The notes below the pieces were generated by a model. The model had not been told where the DNA came from, searched no databases, and was given only the letters and a program-made list of their open reading frames with translations. A stretch of 64,000 bases of DNA, taken from assembly GCA_021813445.1 (NCBI GenBank), contig JAKAKP010000059.1:20002-84001 (forward strand), given 5' to 3'. Source of the DNA: Deltaproteobacteria bacterium (lineage in GTDB: Bacteria; Desulfobacterota; Desulfobaccia; Desulfobaccales; 0-14-0-80-60-11). Shown here in pieces: positions 54,828-63,650 of this stretch. Numbering within the stretch: position 1 is the stretch's first letter; each line of letters starts with the position of its first letter. The translations under genes were made by a program, and so were the position numbers.

Positions 54828-55208
54828 ATGGCAGAGGCGACTACTACCTATAACTTCAGGCAGAGGCTGGCGAAGCATTTCTATGACGGCTCCTCGCTGC
54901 CCCAGATCGCCATGATGGCCTTTGGCGATGGCGGCCACAATGCGGACGGCACCGCCAAGCCGCCCGATGCGGCGCGCACCTCGCTCAATCATGAGCTGCT
55001 GCGCAAGCCCCTGGCTGCCAAGGTTCAGGAGGACGGTTACTCTGTGACCGGCACCGGCCGTCTCGAAAAGAGCGAGCTGCTGGGGGCGCATATTTCGGAG
55101 GCGGCCCTCCTGGATGAGGTGGGGAACATGCTCGGGTTCCGCAACTTTGCGCCCAAGATCAAGGAATCCGACGAAACCTACGAAATCTCTGTCAAACTCA
55201 AATTCTAA
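54828..55208 (+). CDS. Tail-collar fibre-like protein
   Basis: IAMMAFGDGGHNADGTAKPPDAARTSLNHELLRKPL resembles the phage tail-collar fibre N-terminal family. Confidence 0.55.
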   Translation: MAEATTTYNFRQRLAKHFYDGSSLPQIAMMAFGDGGHNADGTAKPPDAARTSLNHELLRKPLAAKVQEDGYSVTGTGRLEKSELLGAHISEAALLDEVGNMLGFRNFAPKIKESDETYEISVKLKF

Positions 55209-55222
55209 ACAAGGGGGCAACC

Positions 55223-56275
55223 ATGCCATTACCACATCCCAATATTACGCCCATTCCGGACAACGAGCCAGATGCCGTCCCGAGCCTGTGGAACGTCCGG
55301 TATTCGGAGATCGATGAGAATTTCCAAAACCATGAGGGCCGGGTGGCGGCGGCCGAGGGCGAGATTGCCGCGGCCCGGGGCGGCGAGGCCAACCTTGATA
55401 CCCGCCTCTCCGGGATGGAATCCAACCTGGAGGGCCTCGACCCGGATATGCAGAACATGGTGGTCAGCTCCCTCATGGGGGTGATCGGCGACCAGGGCGT
55501 CCTCGCCAAGGAACTGGCCCGGGTGGAAGCCGAGCGCATCGCCGAAACGGACCGGATCGAAGCCGACTACGGCAACGATTATCAGGGGGCGCTCCAGTAT
55601 TTTACCCTCAAGCTCCTGGATGACCTGGCCCTGGCCCACAAGGAGATGAAGAAAACCCTGGGCATGCGCTTCCAGGAGGGGCTGATCACCCTGAAAAACC
55701 GCGGGGTGATCTCCGGCTGCACCGTCTCCAAATCGACCACCGCGGCCAGAAACGTCACCTTGGCCTTAGGGAAGTTCTTCCTCAAAGGACGGCCCTATAG
55801 CGTGCAGGAGCTGGTGAATTGCGCCTCGATTCCCAATAACAACTCGGGGTCCGCCGCGACCTGTTATGTGTTTCTCTGGATCGACGCCAACGGCGTCATT
55901 CAGTGCGATTCCACCGACCTGGGCCAGGCCGTGCCGGACAACGGCATCATTCTCTACGAAGTGACCGTGCCGGCCAACAACAACGACATTAACGACCCGA
56001 ACCTGGCTAATGTCACCTTGACCGATCGGCGGCGGCTGGAGGCCAATTGGCCCACCGTGCTGGACGCGCCCAGCTATGCTCTGGTGGCCCTTAATGCCCC
56101 CATCGTGGGAGCGGACTACATCGTTCAGCTCGACCTGGTCAGCTTTACCGGCCCGGCTTCCGGCCTGGACGGGTTTTTGGTGCAGAACCGGCTCGATAAC
56201 GGCTTCAAGGTGTATTTCTCGGGCATGGCTGACGACCTGGTGGTGCGTTACCTGGTAAGCCGGCCCGGCGCTTGA
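55223..56275 (+). CDS. Putative tail fibre protein
   Basis: Position, coiled-coil N-terminus, Asn-rich beta-rich C-terminus. No precise family recognised. Confidence 0.5.
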   Translation: MPLPHPNITPIPDNEPDAVPSLWNVRYSEIDENFQNHEGRVAAAEGEIAAARGGEANLDTRLSGMESNLEGLDPDMQNMVVSSLMGVIGDQGVLAKELARVEAERIAETDRIEADYGNDYQGALQYFTLKLLDDLALAHKEMKKTLGMRFQEGLITLKNRGVISGCTVSKSTTAARNVTLALGKFFLKGRPYSVQELVNCASIPNNNSGSAATCYVFLWIDANGVIQCDSTDLGQAVPDNGIILYEVTVPANNNDINDPNLANVTLTDRRRLEANWPTVLDAPSYALVALNAPIVGADYIVQLDLVSFTGPASGLDGFLVQNRLDNGFKVYFSGMADDLVVRYLVSRPGA

Positions 56276-56298
56276 TCCAACCATAAAGGAGGTTTGAC

Positions 56299-56622
56299 AT
56301 GAGATTGGAAATGATGGGGAGCGGACCCTGTGCGGACTTTGCTATTTCCGGCGCGACCGTTTCGGTCGGAGAGGCGAGCGTGGATTGTGCCGCCATGCAG
56401 AGCGACCATGAGGTAGTGGCGGATATTTGCTCCGACGGCCAGGGGGACTTTGTGGCCGGGGCCGCCGAAGGCAGGGCCTATGTCCTGTCCTGCATCATCC
56501 CCCCGCAGCGCTTCGAGATGGTGCAGGACGGGGAAGATGAGAACGGCCCGATCATGAAGCCGGTGCCCATTCCCCTGAACCCCAGTGAGGTCGTGGTCAA
56601 GGTATGGCCCTATGTCGGGTAG
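56299..56622 (+). CDS. Hypothetical protein (possible fibre accessory/chaperone)
   Basis: 107 aa between the fibre genes. No family recognised. Confidence 0.35.
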   Translation: MRLEMMGSGPCADFAISGATVSVGEASVDCAAMQSDHEVVADICSDGQGDFVAGAAEGRAYVLSCIIPPQRFEMVQDGEDENGPIMKPVPIPLNPSEVVVKVWPYVG

Positions 56623-56670
56623 GGGCGAACTTTAAGACCGATTTTTAGCCAAACTTCAGGAGGAAGAAAA

Positions 56671-57768
56671 ATGCCGACCATTTTTGTGAAAGACAATCTG
56701 CGGGCTGCCATTGAGGCCGCCACGGGCGGGAAGGTTACGGTGCTCTATGACGACAAGGGCTACCCCTCTTACATGATCGTGATCCCCAAGTTCATGTGCG
56801 AGGATATCGACGCCTCCCTGGGTACCGGGGTGTTTCCGGCCTTCATCGTCAACGAGGTCGAAAAGAGCCAGATCTTTGTCGGGCAATATCAGGCCATCGT
56901 CAAGGACTCCCGGGCTGTTTGCCTCCCCGGCGTCGATCCGGCCACCTCGCTGACCTTCGACAATGCCCTGCTCTATTGCAAGAACAAGGGCCAGGGCTGG
57001 CATTTGATGACCAACGCCGAATGGGCCGCCCTGGCCTTTTGGTGCTGGAAGAATGGCTTCCAGCCCCGGGGCAACACGAATTACGGCCGTTCCCATGCCG
57101 CCACCTATGAAACCGGGCGCCGGGTGGACGGCGCCGCTCCCGGCGTGACCGCCGGCACTCCCCGGACTTATGCCGGGTCGGGGCCGGCGAGCTGGCGGCA
57201 CGATAACACCTGGGCCGGCATTGCCGACCTGGTGGGCAACATCTGGGAATGGGTCGGCGGCCTGCGCCTGAATGTCGGCGAAATCCAGGTCCTGCCCAAC
57301 AATGATGCGGCCGACAACACCAAGGATCAGGGGGCCGCCTCCGCTCTCTGGAAGGCCATTCTCGCCGACGGCAGCCTGGTGGCCCCTGGCACGGCCGGAA
57401 CCTGCAAGTACGATTCCGTCAATGCCGGCACCACGGGGCAAGTCGGGGCGCCGCAGCTCGATGACGTGATCGACAACTCCAATGCTCCGGCCTCCGGGGA
57501 TGATGGCTATACCTCTGTGGCCTTTCAATCCCTGGCTGCCGACGCCGGCATCACGCCCCCGGCGTTGCTGAAACGGCTGCTGCTCTTCCCGCATGCTGCT
57601 ACCGGCCTGAACGGAGATATCTGGGTCCGGAACTACGGTGAGCGCATGCCTCTCCGTGGCGGGAACTGGCTCGACGGCGCCGGCGCCGGGCTGTTCCACT
57701 TGTACCTGGGCCGCGAGCGGTCGGGCACGGGCCCGGGCCTCGGGTTCCGCCCCGCTTTTATTTCCTGA
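56671..57768 (+). CDS. DGR target-type receptor-binding protein (Mtd-like, FGE/C-type-lectin fold) with C-terminal variable-region signature
   Basis: FGE/SUMF1-like motifs (GWHLMTNAEWAALAFW, GNIWEWVGG). C-terminus RGGNWLDGAGAGLFHLYLGRERSGTGPGLGFRPAF matches the canonical DGR VR scaffold (RGGSW...G.F...GFR). Followed by avd/RT remnants. Confidence 0.8.
   Translation: MPTIFVKDNLRAAIEAATGGKVTVLYDDKGYPSYMIVIPKFMCEDIDASLGTGVFPAFIVNEVEKSQIFVGQYQAIVKDSRAVCLPGVDPATSLTFDNALLYCKNKGQGWHLMTNAEWAALAFWCWKNGFQPRGNTNYGRSHAATYETGRRVDGAAPGVTAGTPRTYAGSGPASWRHDNTWAGIADLVGNIWEWVGGLRLNVGEIQVLPNNDAADNTKDQGAASALWKAILADGSLVAPGTAGTCKYDSVNAGTTGQVGAPQLDDVIDNSNAPASGDDGYTSVAFQSLAADAGITPPALLKRLLLFPHAATGLNGDIWVRNYGERMPLRGGNWLDGAGAGLFHLYLGRERSGTGPGLGFRPAFIS
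57640..57768 (+). other. Probable DGR variable region (VR) at the 3' end of the target gene
   Basis: Encodes the CLec-fold ligand-binding loop. Adenine-poor by my count (about 8 A in the final 111 nt). Boundaries are approximate. Confidence 0.6.
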
Positions 57769-57834
57769 GAATCTGAAATCTGATCTCTTGATTATCTGAA
57801 TGGCGTAGCGCATCGGAGACAGGGGGATTAAAGA

Positions 57835-58254
57835 ATGTCCGGTCAATTAAAAATCGCCCAGAAATGGGAAGACATGGCCGGATATGCCTACGGTGCGCTG
57901 CGCCAATTCCCGAAGAGCGAGAGGTCACCCTCGGGGCCGAGCTTCGGGATTGCCTTTCTCGGGCTGTCCCTGAACCCTAAAACCCGCATTTTCCCCGCTC
58001 ATCAAGGCATTGACTTTGCTGGCTATCGAACCTGGCCAACCCATAGGCTGCCCAGGAAGCGCAACGTCTTAAAAGCCCGGAGGCGGTTCCGTTTATTGAT
58101 GGAGTCTTATGGCCGGGGCGAGATAACCCTTGACGATGTCCGCCCCTCGGTGGCCAGTTTCCTGGGCTATATGAAGCACTGCTCAAGCTATCGAACGGTC
58201 CAGGAGATTCTTAATGATCTTGTCTTGAAGCGCAATATTGGCGAGGTGAACTGA
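57835..58254 (+). pseudogene. Remnant DGR cassette: avd 5' stub (frameshifted) joined to the 3' end of the reverse transcriptase gene
   Basis: N-terminus MSGQLKIAQKWEDMAGYAYGALRQFPKSER is Avd-like, and the Avd frame continues only in the +1 frame (VTLGAELRDCLSRAVPEP*). The C-terminus ...HQGIDFAGYRTWPTHRLPRKRNVLKARRRFRLLMESYGRGEITLDDVRPSVASFLGYMKH matches the thumb/C-terminus of DGR RTs. The finger/palm (YxDD) region and the TR are absent. Confidence 0.75.
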
Positions 58255-58394
58255 GAAGAAAGCGAGCCAATTTCAACCCCCGGACAACTTAATTACCCTA
58301 CCGATGAGCTTCATCAAGCCCCCAGAAGCTGTCGGTGAATTTTGCCCTTTTTCCGTTTTCGGCCCCTTCATCTCATTCTGCGTGCTAAAATATC

Positions 58395-59315
58395 TCAAAC
58401 TGTCTGCGCGCTTACACTGAGACCTCGTCGTTGTGCCTGCAATCTCCCCTTCACAAACCGGAAGACCGTCCGGTCAGTTCCACCTTGCTTGAGTTTTTTC
58501 AGAAGCAGGTCGTCTTGTAACCATTGCCCCAATTCTGCTTGTCCTTCCCGGGTATCGAGATGATGGATTTTTTCATCCAACCCGGCAAAGGGATGGCACT
58601 TGACCATGTGTTTCAGAAAAAAACTCTCCAAGATGTGGTGGGGTATGAGCCGCAGCGGCTCCGCCTGCTCTTCCGCTTTTGTTTGGCTCCTGGCCTCAGA
58701 GGAGAGATCTTCGATGAGATTGCAGAAGTCAATGTGGCAGGGGCCATAATTGAAGAGATAAAAGCTGGAAATCAGACTTTCCCGCTTCCACATTCTTTTT
58801 AGCTCAGTCATTACTTTTGCACGCTCCGGGCTAAGAAGAAGCGGACGCTGGAAACAAAGGTAATCTTTAAAACACTCTTTCCTGGCATTCTCCTCGAAAG
58901 TACCCTCATTAACCAGATATTCGGGGAAAAGGATGCAGGGCAAAGGCCGGATAGCATAGATACTACACAGGTCGTTTTTTAAAAAGGGGCAGGGTTTCTG
59001 CAACTTCAGAGTCACCATGCGGATCCAGTCTTCCCGCTCATTGCTGAGCAACCCCAAGGAATAGCGGTCCTGGTAAATGGCGGATAATGGCTGGTCCTGG
59101 TGCCGGGCTGCGGCCAGGACATCGAAGATGGTCACCGGCACCTGCAAGTCTTGATTCTTGCATCCGGGCCGCCTGCAGGCTGGGTCACATTGAAACTCTG
59201 AGGCAGTTGCCGCCAGGTCCGCCCGCTGGCGCAGATAGGCAGCAAACCAGGGGCCGGCATCTGCAATTGGAGGAGGGTTGGTTTTCTGGCGCCACCAACG
59301 GGGCAACCTGAACAT
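58395..59315 (-). CDS. YkgJ-family cysteine-cluster (putative Zn/Fe-binding) protein
   Basis: CDPACRRPGCKN... and KPCPFLKNDLCSIYAIRPLPCILFP motifs. Confidence 0.65.
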   Translation of the reverse strand: MFRLPRWWRQKTNPPPIADAGPWFAAYLRQRADLAATASEFQCDPACRRPGCKNQDLQVPVTIFDVLAAARHQDQPLSAIYQDRYSLGLLSNEREDWIRMVTLKLQKPCPFLKNDLCSIYAIRPLPCILFPEYLVNEGTFEENARKECFKDYLCFQRPLLLSPERAKVMTELKRMWKRESLISSFYLFNYGPCHIDFCNLIEDLSSEARSQTKAEEQAEPLRLIPHHILESFFLKHMVKCHPFAGLDEKIHHLDTREGQAELGQWLQDDLLLKKLKQGGTDRTVFRFVKGRLQAQRRGLSVSAQTV

Positions 59316-59426
59316 GAGTAACCTCTGGGACTATTATTGTCTGGGGTGGTTTATCGACTCAACCGTTCTATTCCTTTTTGATCACGGGGTCCAGATTTCT
59401 CTTTGAGGTAATTATCTAATGCAATA

Positions 59427-61229
59427 TTATTTATTACTTAGCCCCATGCTCCCGGTGCGGGCATGGTAATAACTGATGATGTCCCGTTTGGAGATCATGG
59501 CCTCGATTTCATCCGGCGCCTCCTCTTTCACCACCGGCAATTCGTCCACGTTCATCAAAACCATCTTATCCAGGGCATCCTGCAGGGAATCGTTCCAGAG
59601 GACCCGCACTACCTCCCGGGTGGCGATGTCTTTGGCCATCTTCGCCTGATGCAGCTCTTCCTCAAACATAATGGGCCGGATATCGTTGATGGAGAGGATG
59701 CCGGTCATCCGGCCGCCTGGGGTCACCACCGGAAAATGGAGGTCACTGGAGGTGGTGACCACCTGAATTACCTGCTCCAGGGGCATGTTCTCGGGAATCT
59801 CGGTCACCTGCCGGGGTTGAACCACCTCGGAGACGCGCATCCCCTCCAGCAAACCCCGGGCGAACTCGGTCATATGGGCCGGAGAGGTCAGCCTGGTTGC
59901 CACCTGTTTTTCATAGAGGGTGTGGCGACGCAATAATACGAAGGAGACGGCGCATACCAGCATCAAGGGCACCAGCAAGGTATAACTGGCGCACATCTCG
60001 CAGGCCATCAAGATGGAGGACACCGGCACCCGGGCGACCCCGGCGAAGAAGGCGCCGATGCCCACCACCACAAAGGCGCTGGGATGGATCACCCAGCCTG
60101 GCGCCAACTGGTGGCCTAGAAAGCCGAACGCCCCGCCCAGCATGGCCCCCATAAACACCGAAGGCCCGAAAACCCCGCCGCTGCCCCCGGAGCTGATGGT
60201 GCAGGAGGTGGCTGCAATCTTCATGAAAGCCAAGAGCAGCATGACCCCCCAAAAGATCTTGCCTTCCATGGCCGCCTGGATCCAGCCATAGCCGCCGTCC
60301 ATCACCTGGGGGGTAAATAAGGCGATCGTGCCAATCATCAGCCCTCCCAACGCAGGTTTCAAGGCCTTGGTAAATTTTAGCCGCCGGAAGAAGCGGTCCC
60401 GGGCCAGGTCATAAAATACCTTGATGTAAACATAACCCACCGCGGCGCAGACCACTCCGAAAATGGCGTAAGGTATGAGCTCCCGGGTGGCGAAATCCAC
60501 CGGTCCCGGGAAGAACAGGGCGGTGCGCCCGAAGAAGCGGTCGAAGATCGCATTGGCCACAATGGCGGAGATGATGCAAGGGATGATGGCCTCGAATTCG
60601 AACTCCTCCTCCCGGTAGAGCACCTCCGGGGCAAAGAGGGCGGCCCCCAGGGGCGCATGGAAGATGGCCCCGATGCCGCCGGCCGCGCCGGCCAGCATCA
60701 GGATGCGCCGTTCCCTGGGGTGGAGCTTTAACATCGTGGCCAGAGCCGAGCCAAAGCCCGCACCGATCTGGGCGATGGGCCCCTCTTTCCCGGCGGAGCC
60801 GCCGCTGCCGATGGTGATGGCCGAAGCCAGGATCTTCACTGCTGGGACCCGCTTGCGGATCAATCCCCCTTTGCGGTGAAACGCCTCGATCATGGCGTCG
60901 GTGCCGTGCCCTTCGGCTTCCGGGGCGACGAAATAGACGATCAACCCCGAGACCAGTCCGCCCAGGGCCGGGATAATGAGAAAGAGCCAGGAGCGGGTGA
61001 TACCCAGGAACGGCACGGCCGCCGCGTCTTTCAGGGGTTCCGCATAACCCGTGGTCAGATGCAGAAAATGATAAAAGAAGTATCTCAGCAGGGTTTCAAA
61101 CAGGATGGCCCCGAATCCGGAGACCACGCCCACCAGCAAACTCGTCAGCAGCCAGCGACAGTGGCCTGACCAGCCGCAACTCTCAGAATTTGTAAAAGAC
61201 AGGTGCGGCCGGGATAACATTTCGCTCAT
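59427..61229 (-). CDS. ClC-family chloride channel/transporter with C-terminal CBS pair
   Basis: GSGGSAGKEGP and GGVFGPS selectivity-filter motifs, about 10-12 TM segments, CBS pair at the C-terminus. Confidence 0.9.
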   Translation of the reverse strand: MSEMLSRPHLSFTNSESCGWSGHCRWLLTSLLVGVVSGFGAILFETLLRYFFYHFLHLTTGYAEPLKDAAAVPFLGITRSWLFLIIPALGGLVSGLIVYFVAPEAEGHGTDAMIEAFHRKGGLIRKRVPAVKILASAITIGSGGSAGKEGPIAQIGAGFGSALATMLKLHPRERRILMLAGAAGGIGAIFHAPLGAALFAPEVLYREEEFEFEAIIPCIISAIVANAIFDRFFGRTALFFPGPVDFATRELIPYAIFGVVCAAVGYVYIKVFYDLARDRFFRRLKFTKALKPALGGLMIGTIALFTPQVMDGGYGWIQAAMEGKIFWGVMLLLAFMKIAATSCTISSGGSGGVFGPSVFMGAMLGGAFGFLGHQLAPGWVIHPSAFVVVGIGAFFAGVARVPVSSILMACEMCASYTLLVPLMLVCAVSFVLLRRHTLYEKQVATRLTSPAHMTEFARGLLEGMRVSEVVQPRQVTEIPENMPLEQVIQVVTTSSDLHFPVVTPGGRMTGILSINDIRPIMFEEELHQAKMAKDIATREVVRVLWNDSLQDALDKMVLMNVDELPVVKEEAPDEIEAMISKRDIISYYHARTGSMGLSNK

Positions 61230-61333
61230 TAGTGCACCTCTTGGAAATGAATTCAGATTCCTGGAGCAGAGATTCCGCCCAACTTATAATCTTGGGAAGA
61301 GATTTGCAAATTTTCGCCCCACCGGAGGTGGAT

Positions 61334-62128
61334 TCAGGGGCTGACCAGCCGCACTTTGACCTTGACGCCGCCCACGCTATCGCTGATCTGCTCGACCTTG
61401 GCGATCATCTTCTTGTCACTGTCCCAGGCCGTGCCGATACTGACCACCAGTTCCCCGTTCTCCACCCCGACCTTGGCGGAAGGTATTTCATCTATCAAGG
61501 CCGCCTGCACCTGGGCGGCCAGGAACAGATTCTCCATGGCCTTCTGGGACTCGGGCGTAGTCTGAAAGCAGGGCCGCGCCAGGGCGCATTGAATGATTTC
61601 CACCGCTTCATCAGTGGTGATAGGGGTGATGTGAATTACCAGGTCATAAAGGGCGGAGTTGCGGGTGTCGAGGCCATAGAGCTGCTGACTCCAACGATAG
61701 CGTTCCTCATCATCCTTTAATATGGTGGCCCGGGCCTGTTCGGCTGAGGAAATTCCTTCCCGCTTCATTTCTTCCGCCACCCGGTCTTCCAGGTCGGCCA
61801 GAATCCTGACCTTGAGTACGTGGGAGATGCCGGGCACGAAGAAATGGCCCGCCAGGCCGTGATAGACCACGTTATCCTTGACGAAGTGGTGCAGCAGGGC
61901 TTCCCTGATGTAGGCGATATAGCGCTCCTTGCCATAGGTAAGGCGATTCAGAAAAGAAGGCGCATCGTGAATAGCGTGCCGCAACTTGAGTTCGGGCACA
62001 TTGAAATGCTCCGAGGCCTTCAGGATTACTTCCCGGGAGATGCATTTATAACCCAGTTTTTGGGCCAGTTTTTCCGCCACTTCCTTGCCGTGGCTGTAAG
62101 ATCCTCTGGAAATGGTGACTATGGACAT
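61334..62128 (-). CDS. Cytidylate kinase-like family protein with C-terminal BON-like region
   Basis: MSIVTISRGSYSHGKEVAEKLAQKLGYKCISREVI..., typical of the Cytidylate_kin2-like family. Confidence 0.7.
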   Translation of the reverse strand: MSIVTISRGSYSHGKEVAEKLAQKLGYKCISREVILKASEHFNVPELKLRHAIHDAPSFLNRLTYGKERYIAYIREALLHHFVKDNVVYHGLAGHFFVPGISHVLKVRILADLEDRVAEEMKREGISSAEQARATILKDDEERYRWSQQLYGLDTRNSALYDLVIHITPITTDEAVEIIQCALARPCFQTTPESQKAMENLFLAAQVQAALIDEIPSAKVGVENGELVVSIGTAWDSDKKMIAKVEQISDSVGGVKVKVRLVSP

Positions 62129-62175
62129 GGAGTCCTCCTTTTAACTGTGACGCAATGCTGACTTGGCTGCCACTC

Positions 62176-63018
62176 TCAAAAAACATCAATGAACATCTTA
62201 ACGCCCGCCAAGGCAATGGCCACGGCCAGGGCGCGAATAGTCCAGGAGCCTTTAACCTGTTTGGAAAGGTAGCCCCCGACCTGGGACCCGATCAAGGCCC
62301 CGATGCCCATCGCGGCGATGCGGTGAGCACCATGATGGAAGGCGCCATGGAAGATATTAACCATGGAGGCAGTAAAAGTTATGATGCTCACAATAAAGAT
62401 TGAGGTGGCCGTGGCGATAAATACCGGGAAATGGACCACATAAGACAAGGTCGGCACTATCAAGGCGCCGCCGCCGATTCCCAGAAAGCTGACCACGAAT
62501 CCCAGGAAGAAAAAGGTCGTTAATCCCAAAATGAGATTATAATGGTATTCGAAGGTTATGCCATTAACACTCTTCGAGATCTGCGTGAGGCCGCGGCTGG
62601 CGGTGAGATGCTGTTCCCCGGAGGCCGCGGTGTCGGTTTTGGGCCGGAAAAACATAAAGATCGCCAGGGCGATCAGGAAGATGCTGAAGATACCTTCAAA
62701 GCTCTTGCGGGCGACGAGGGTGGTGGCTATTACTCCTAAAATCGCGCCTGGAATTGTCGCCGCCGCGAACCATAGGCCCGATTTATAATCAACCCGCTTC
62801 TGGCGGACATAGGCCGTCAGGCCGGAGAAGGAGGTGAAAAAATTAACGGCCAGGGCAATAGCGGTGAGGGTGCTATGATGCTCGGCGGGAAAAAGAAAAA
62901 GCAACAGTGGTACATAGAGAAAGCCGCCGGCGGCGCCGACCATGGTGCCGTAAGAGGCAACGATGAATCCCAGGAAAAGCAAACCGAAGTAGGCTAAGGC
63001 AGTTTCATGAGGTCCCAT
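62176..63018 (-). CDS. TauE/SafE family sulfite/anion exporter
   Basis: About 8 TM segments, duplicated halves with GxGGG motifs (GAAGGFLYVPLL; GIGGGALIVPTL). Confidence 0.85.
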   Translation of the reverse strand: MGPHETALAYFGLLFLGFIVASYGTMVGAAGGFLYVPLLLFLFPAEHHSTLTAIALAVNFFTSFSGLTAYVRQKRVDYKSGLWFAAATIPGAILGVIATTLVARKSFEGIFSIFLIALAIFMFFRPKTDTAASGEQHLTASRGLTQISKSVNGITFEYHYNLILGLTTFFFLGFVVSFLGIGGGALIVPTLSYVVHFPVFIATATSIFIVSIITFTASMVNIFHGAFHHGAHRIAAMGIGALIGSQVGGYLSKQVKGSWTIRALAVAIALAGVKMFIDVF

Positions 63019-63332
63019 GCCTAGCTGCTCCTTTCTCAGAAGATAATTGCCAAACGGGCCGTGGTTGAATCCTAAGCTCGCGGATAAAATAGCTTATTGC
63101 TTGTATAAGTTAAGAATGCCTCAACTAGCAGGACAGACTATTCCTGAAAGAGTTCACAATAATTTCTCTGGCATTGCCAAACCCGACCTAAATACGTCGA
63201 CCCTCTGTAAAGGCGGGCACCCTAGGTTCACCCCTGCGAGAGATGGCAACTCGATATCAGACCGCGTTGTGTGAGGAAATGTATTTTGATTTAGTTGCTA
63301 TATCCAGGTGGACGAGCAAAGGAGGGAAGAGA

Positions 63333-63650
63333 TCAGGCAGGCAAGCCGCCACAGCCAAGCCCGGGGTGATGATCATCCCTTTGGGAAGTCGAACTGGCTC
63401 CATTCGAGCCAGGTAGATTCCGGCGGGTCAGCTCCAAGAGGAAGATGATGTAGTTGCTGGACGGCGTGCATTGCTGATCGCCGTCATCCAGGTCGGAGAG
63501 GGCATCATCATCCGCAAGGCAAAGGGAATACTGGCCACTGCTGTGATTGGCGGCCCTCTGCTGCAGATGGTGATGGAAATGCAGGGCCCGGCCCCCCAGA
63601 CTACCGAGGGAGAAAACCACCAAAGTCAAAAGCAGGGCCAAGCGTTTCAT
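63333..63650 (-). CDS. Hypothetical small secreted protein
   Basis: Signal peptide MKRLALLLTLVVFSLGSLGG, then a His-rich stretch. Weak coding evidence. Confidence 0.3.
   Translation of the reverse strand: MKRLALLLTLVVFSLGSLGGRALHFHHHLQQRAANHSSGQYSLCLADDDALSDLDDGDQQCTPSSNYIIFLLELTRRNLPGSNGASSTSQRDDHHPGLGCGGLPA

Larger units (their letters stand above)
31620..58254 (+). mobile_element. Phage-derived cluster (lysis + Mu-like head + P2-like contractile tail + decayed DGR) lacking integration, regulation and replication genes
   Basis: About 40 co-directional, tightly packed (many ATGA/overlap junctions) phage structural and lysis genes. The left edge lies inside a truncated host kinase; the right edge is followed by minus-strand host genes. 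No integrase, transposase or repressor ORF was recognised in any frame. Confidence 0.85.

Noticed and set aside
57835-58254. ORF 57835-58254 as an intact 139-aa gene.
   Set aside because: It is a chimera. Its N-terminal 30 residues are Avd-like, the true Avd frame leaves the ORF and terminates, and the rest matches only the extreme C-terminus of DGR reverse transcriptases. It is therefore called a pseudogene remnant.
31620-58254. Tailocin (headless bacteriocin) interpretation of the phage cluster; also CRISPR arrays or classical defence islands anywhere in the window.
   Set aside because: Terminase, portal, scaffold, decoration and capsid genes are all present and intact, so the particle is headed. 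No direct-repeat/spacer array or recognisable defence gene set (RM, Cas, CBASS, retron, and the like) was seen.
58255-58394. Searched for the missing 3' end of the truncated histidine kinase (F-box/G2 box, GxGLGL) right of the phage cluster, as expected for a simple insertion.
   Set aside because: None of the three plus-strand frames encodes kinase-like sequence (for example KKASQFQPPDNLITLPMSFIKPPEAVGEF...). The region runs directly into the minus-strand YkgJ gene.
57769-58394. Looked for a DGR template repeat (a VR-like copy of about 110 bp) between the target gene and the end of the RT remnant, and by eye elsewhere in the window.
   Set aside because: I saw no sequence resembling cgtggcgggaactgg...gggttccgccccgc. 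An eye search of 64 kb is not exhaustive, so absence within the cassette is firm but absence genome-wide is untested.
63047-63332. Intergenic region checked for a tRNA or other small RNA (contains ggttcacccc, vaguely T-loop-like), as a possible phage attachment target.
   Set aside because: No cloverleaf could be drawn: there is no acceptor-stem complementarity and no anticodon arm. It is also 5 kb away from the phage boundary.
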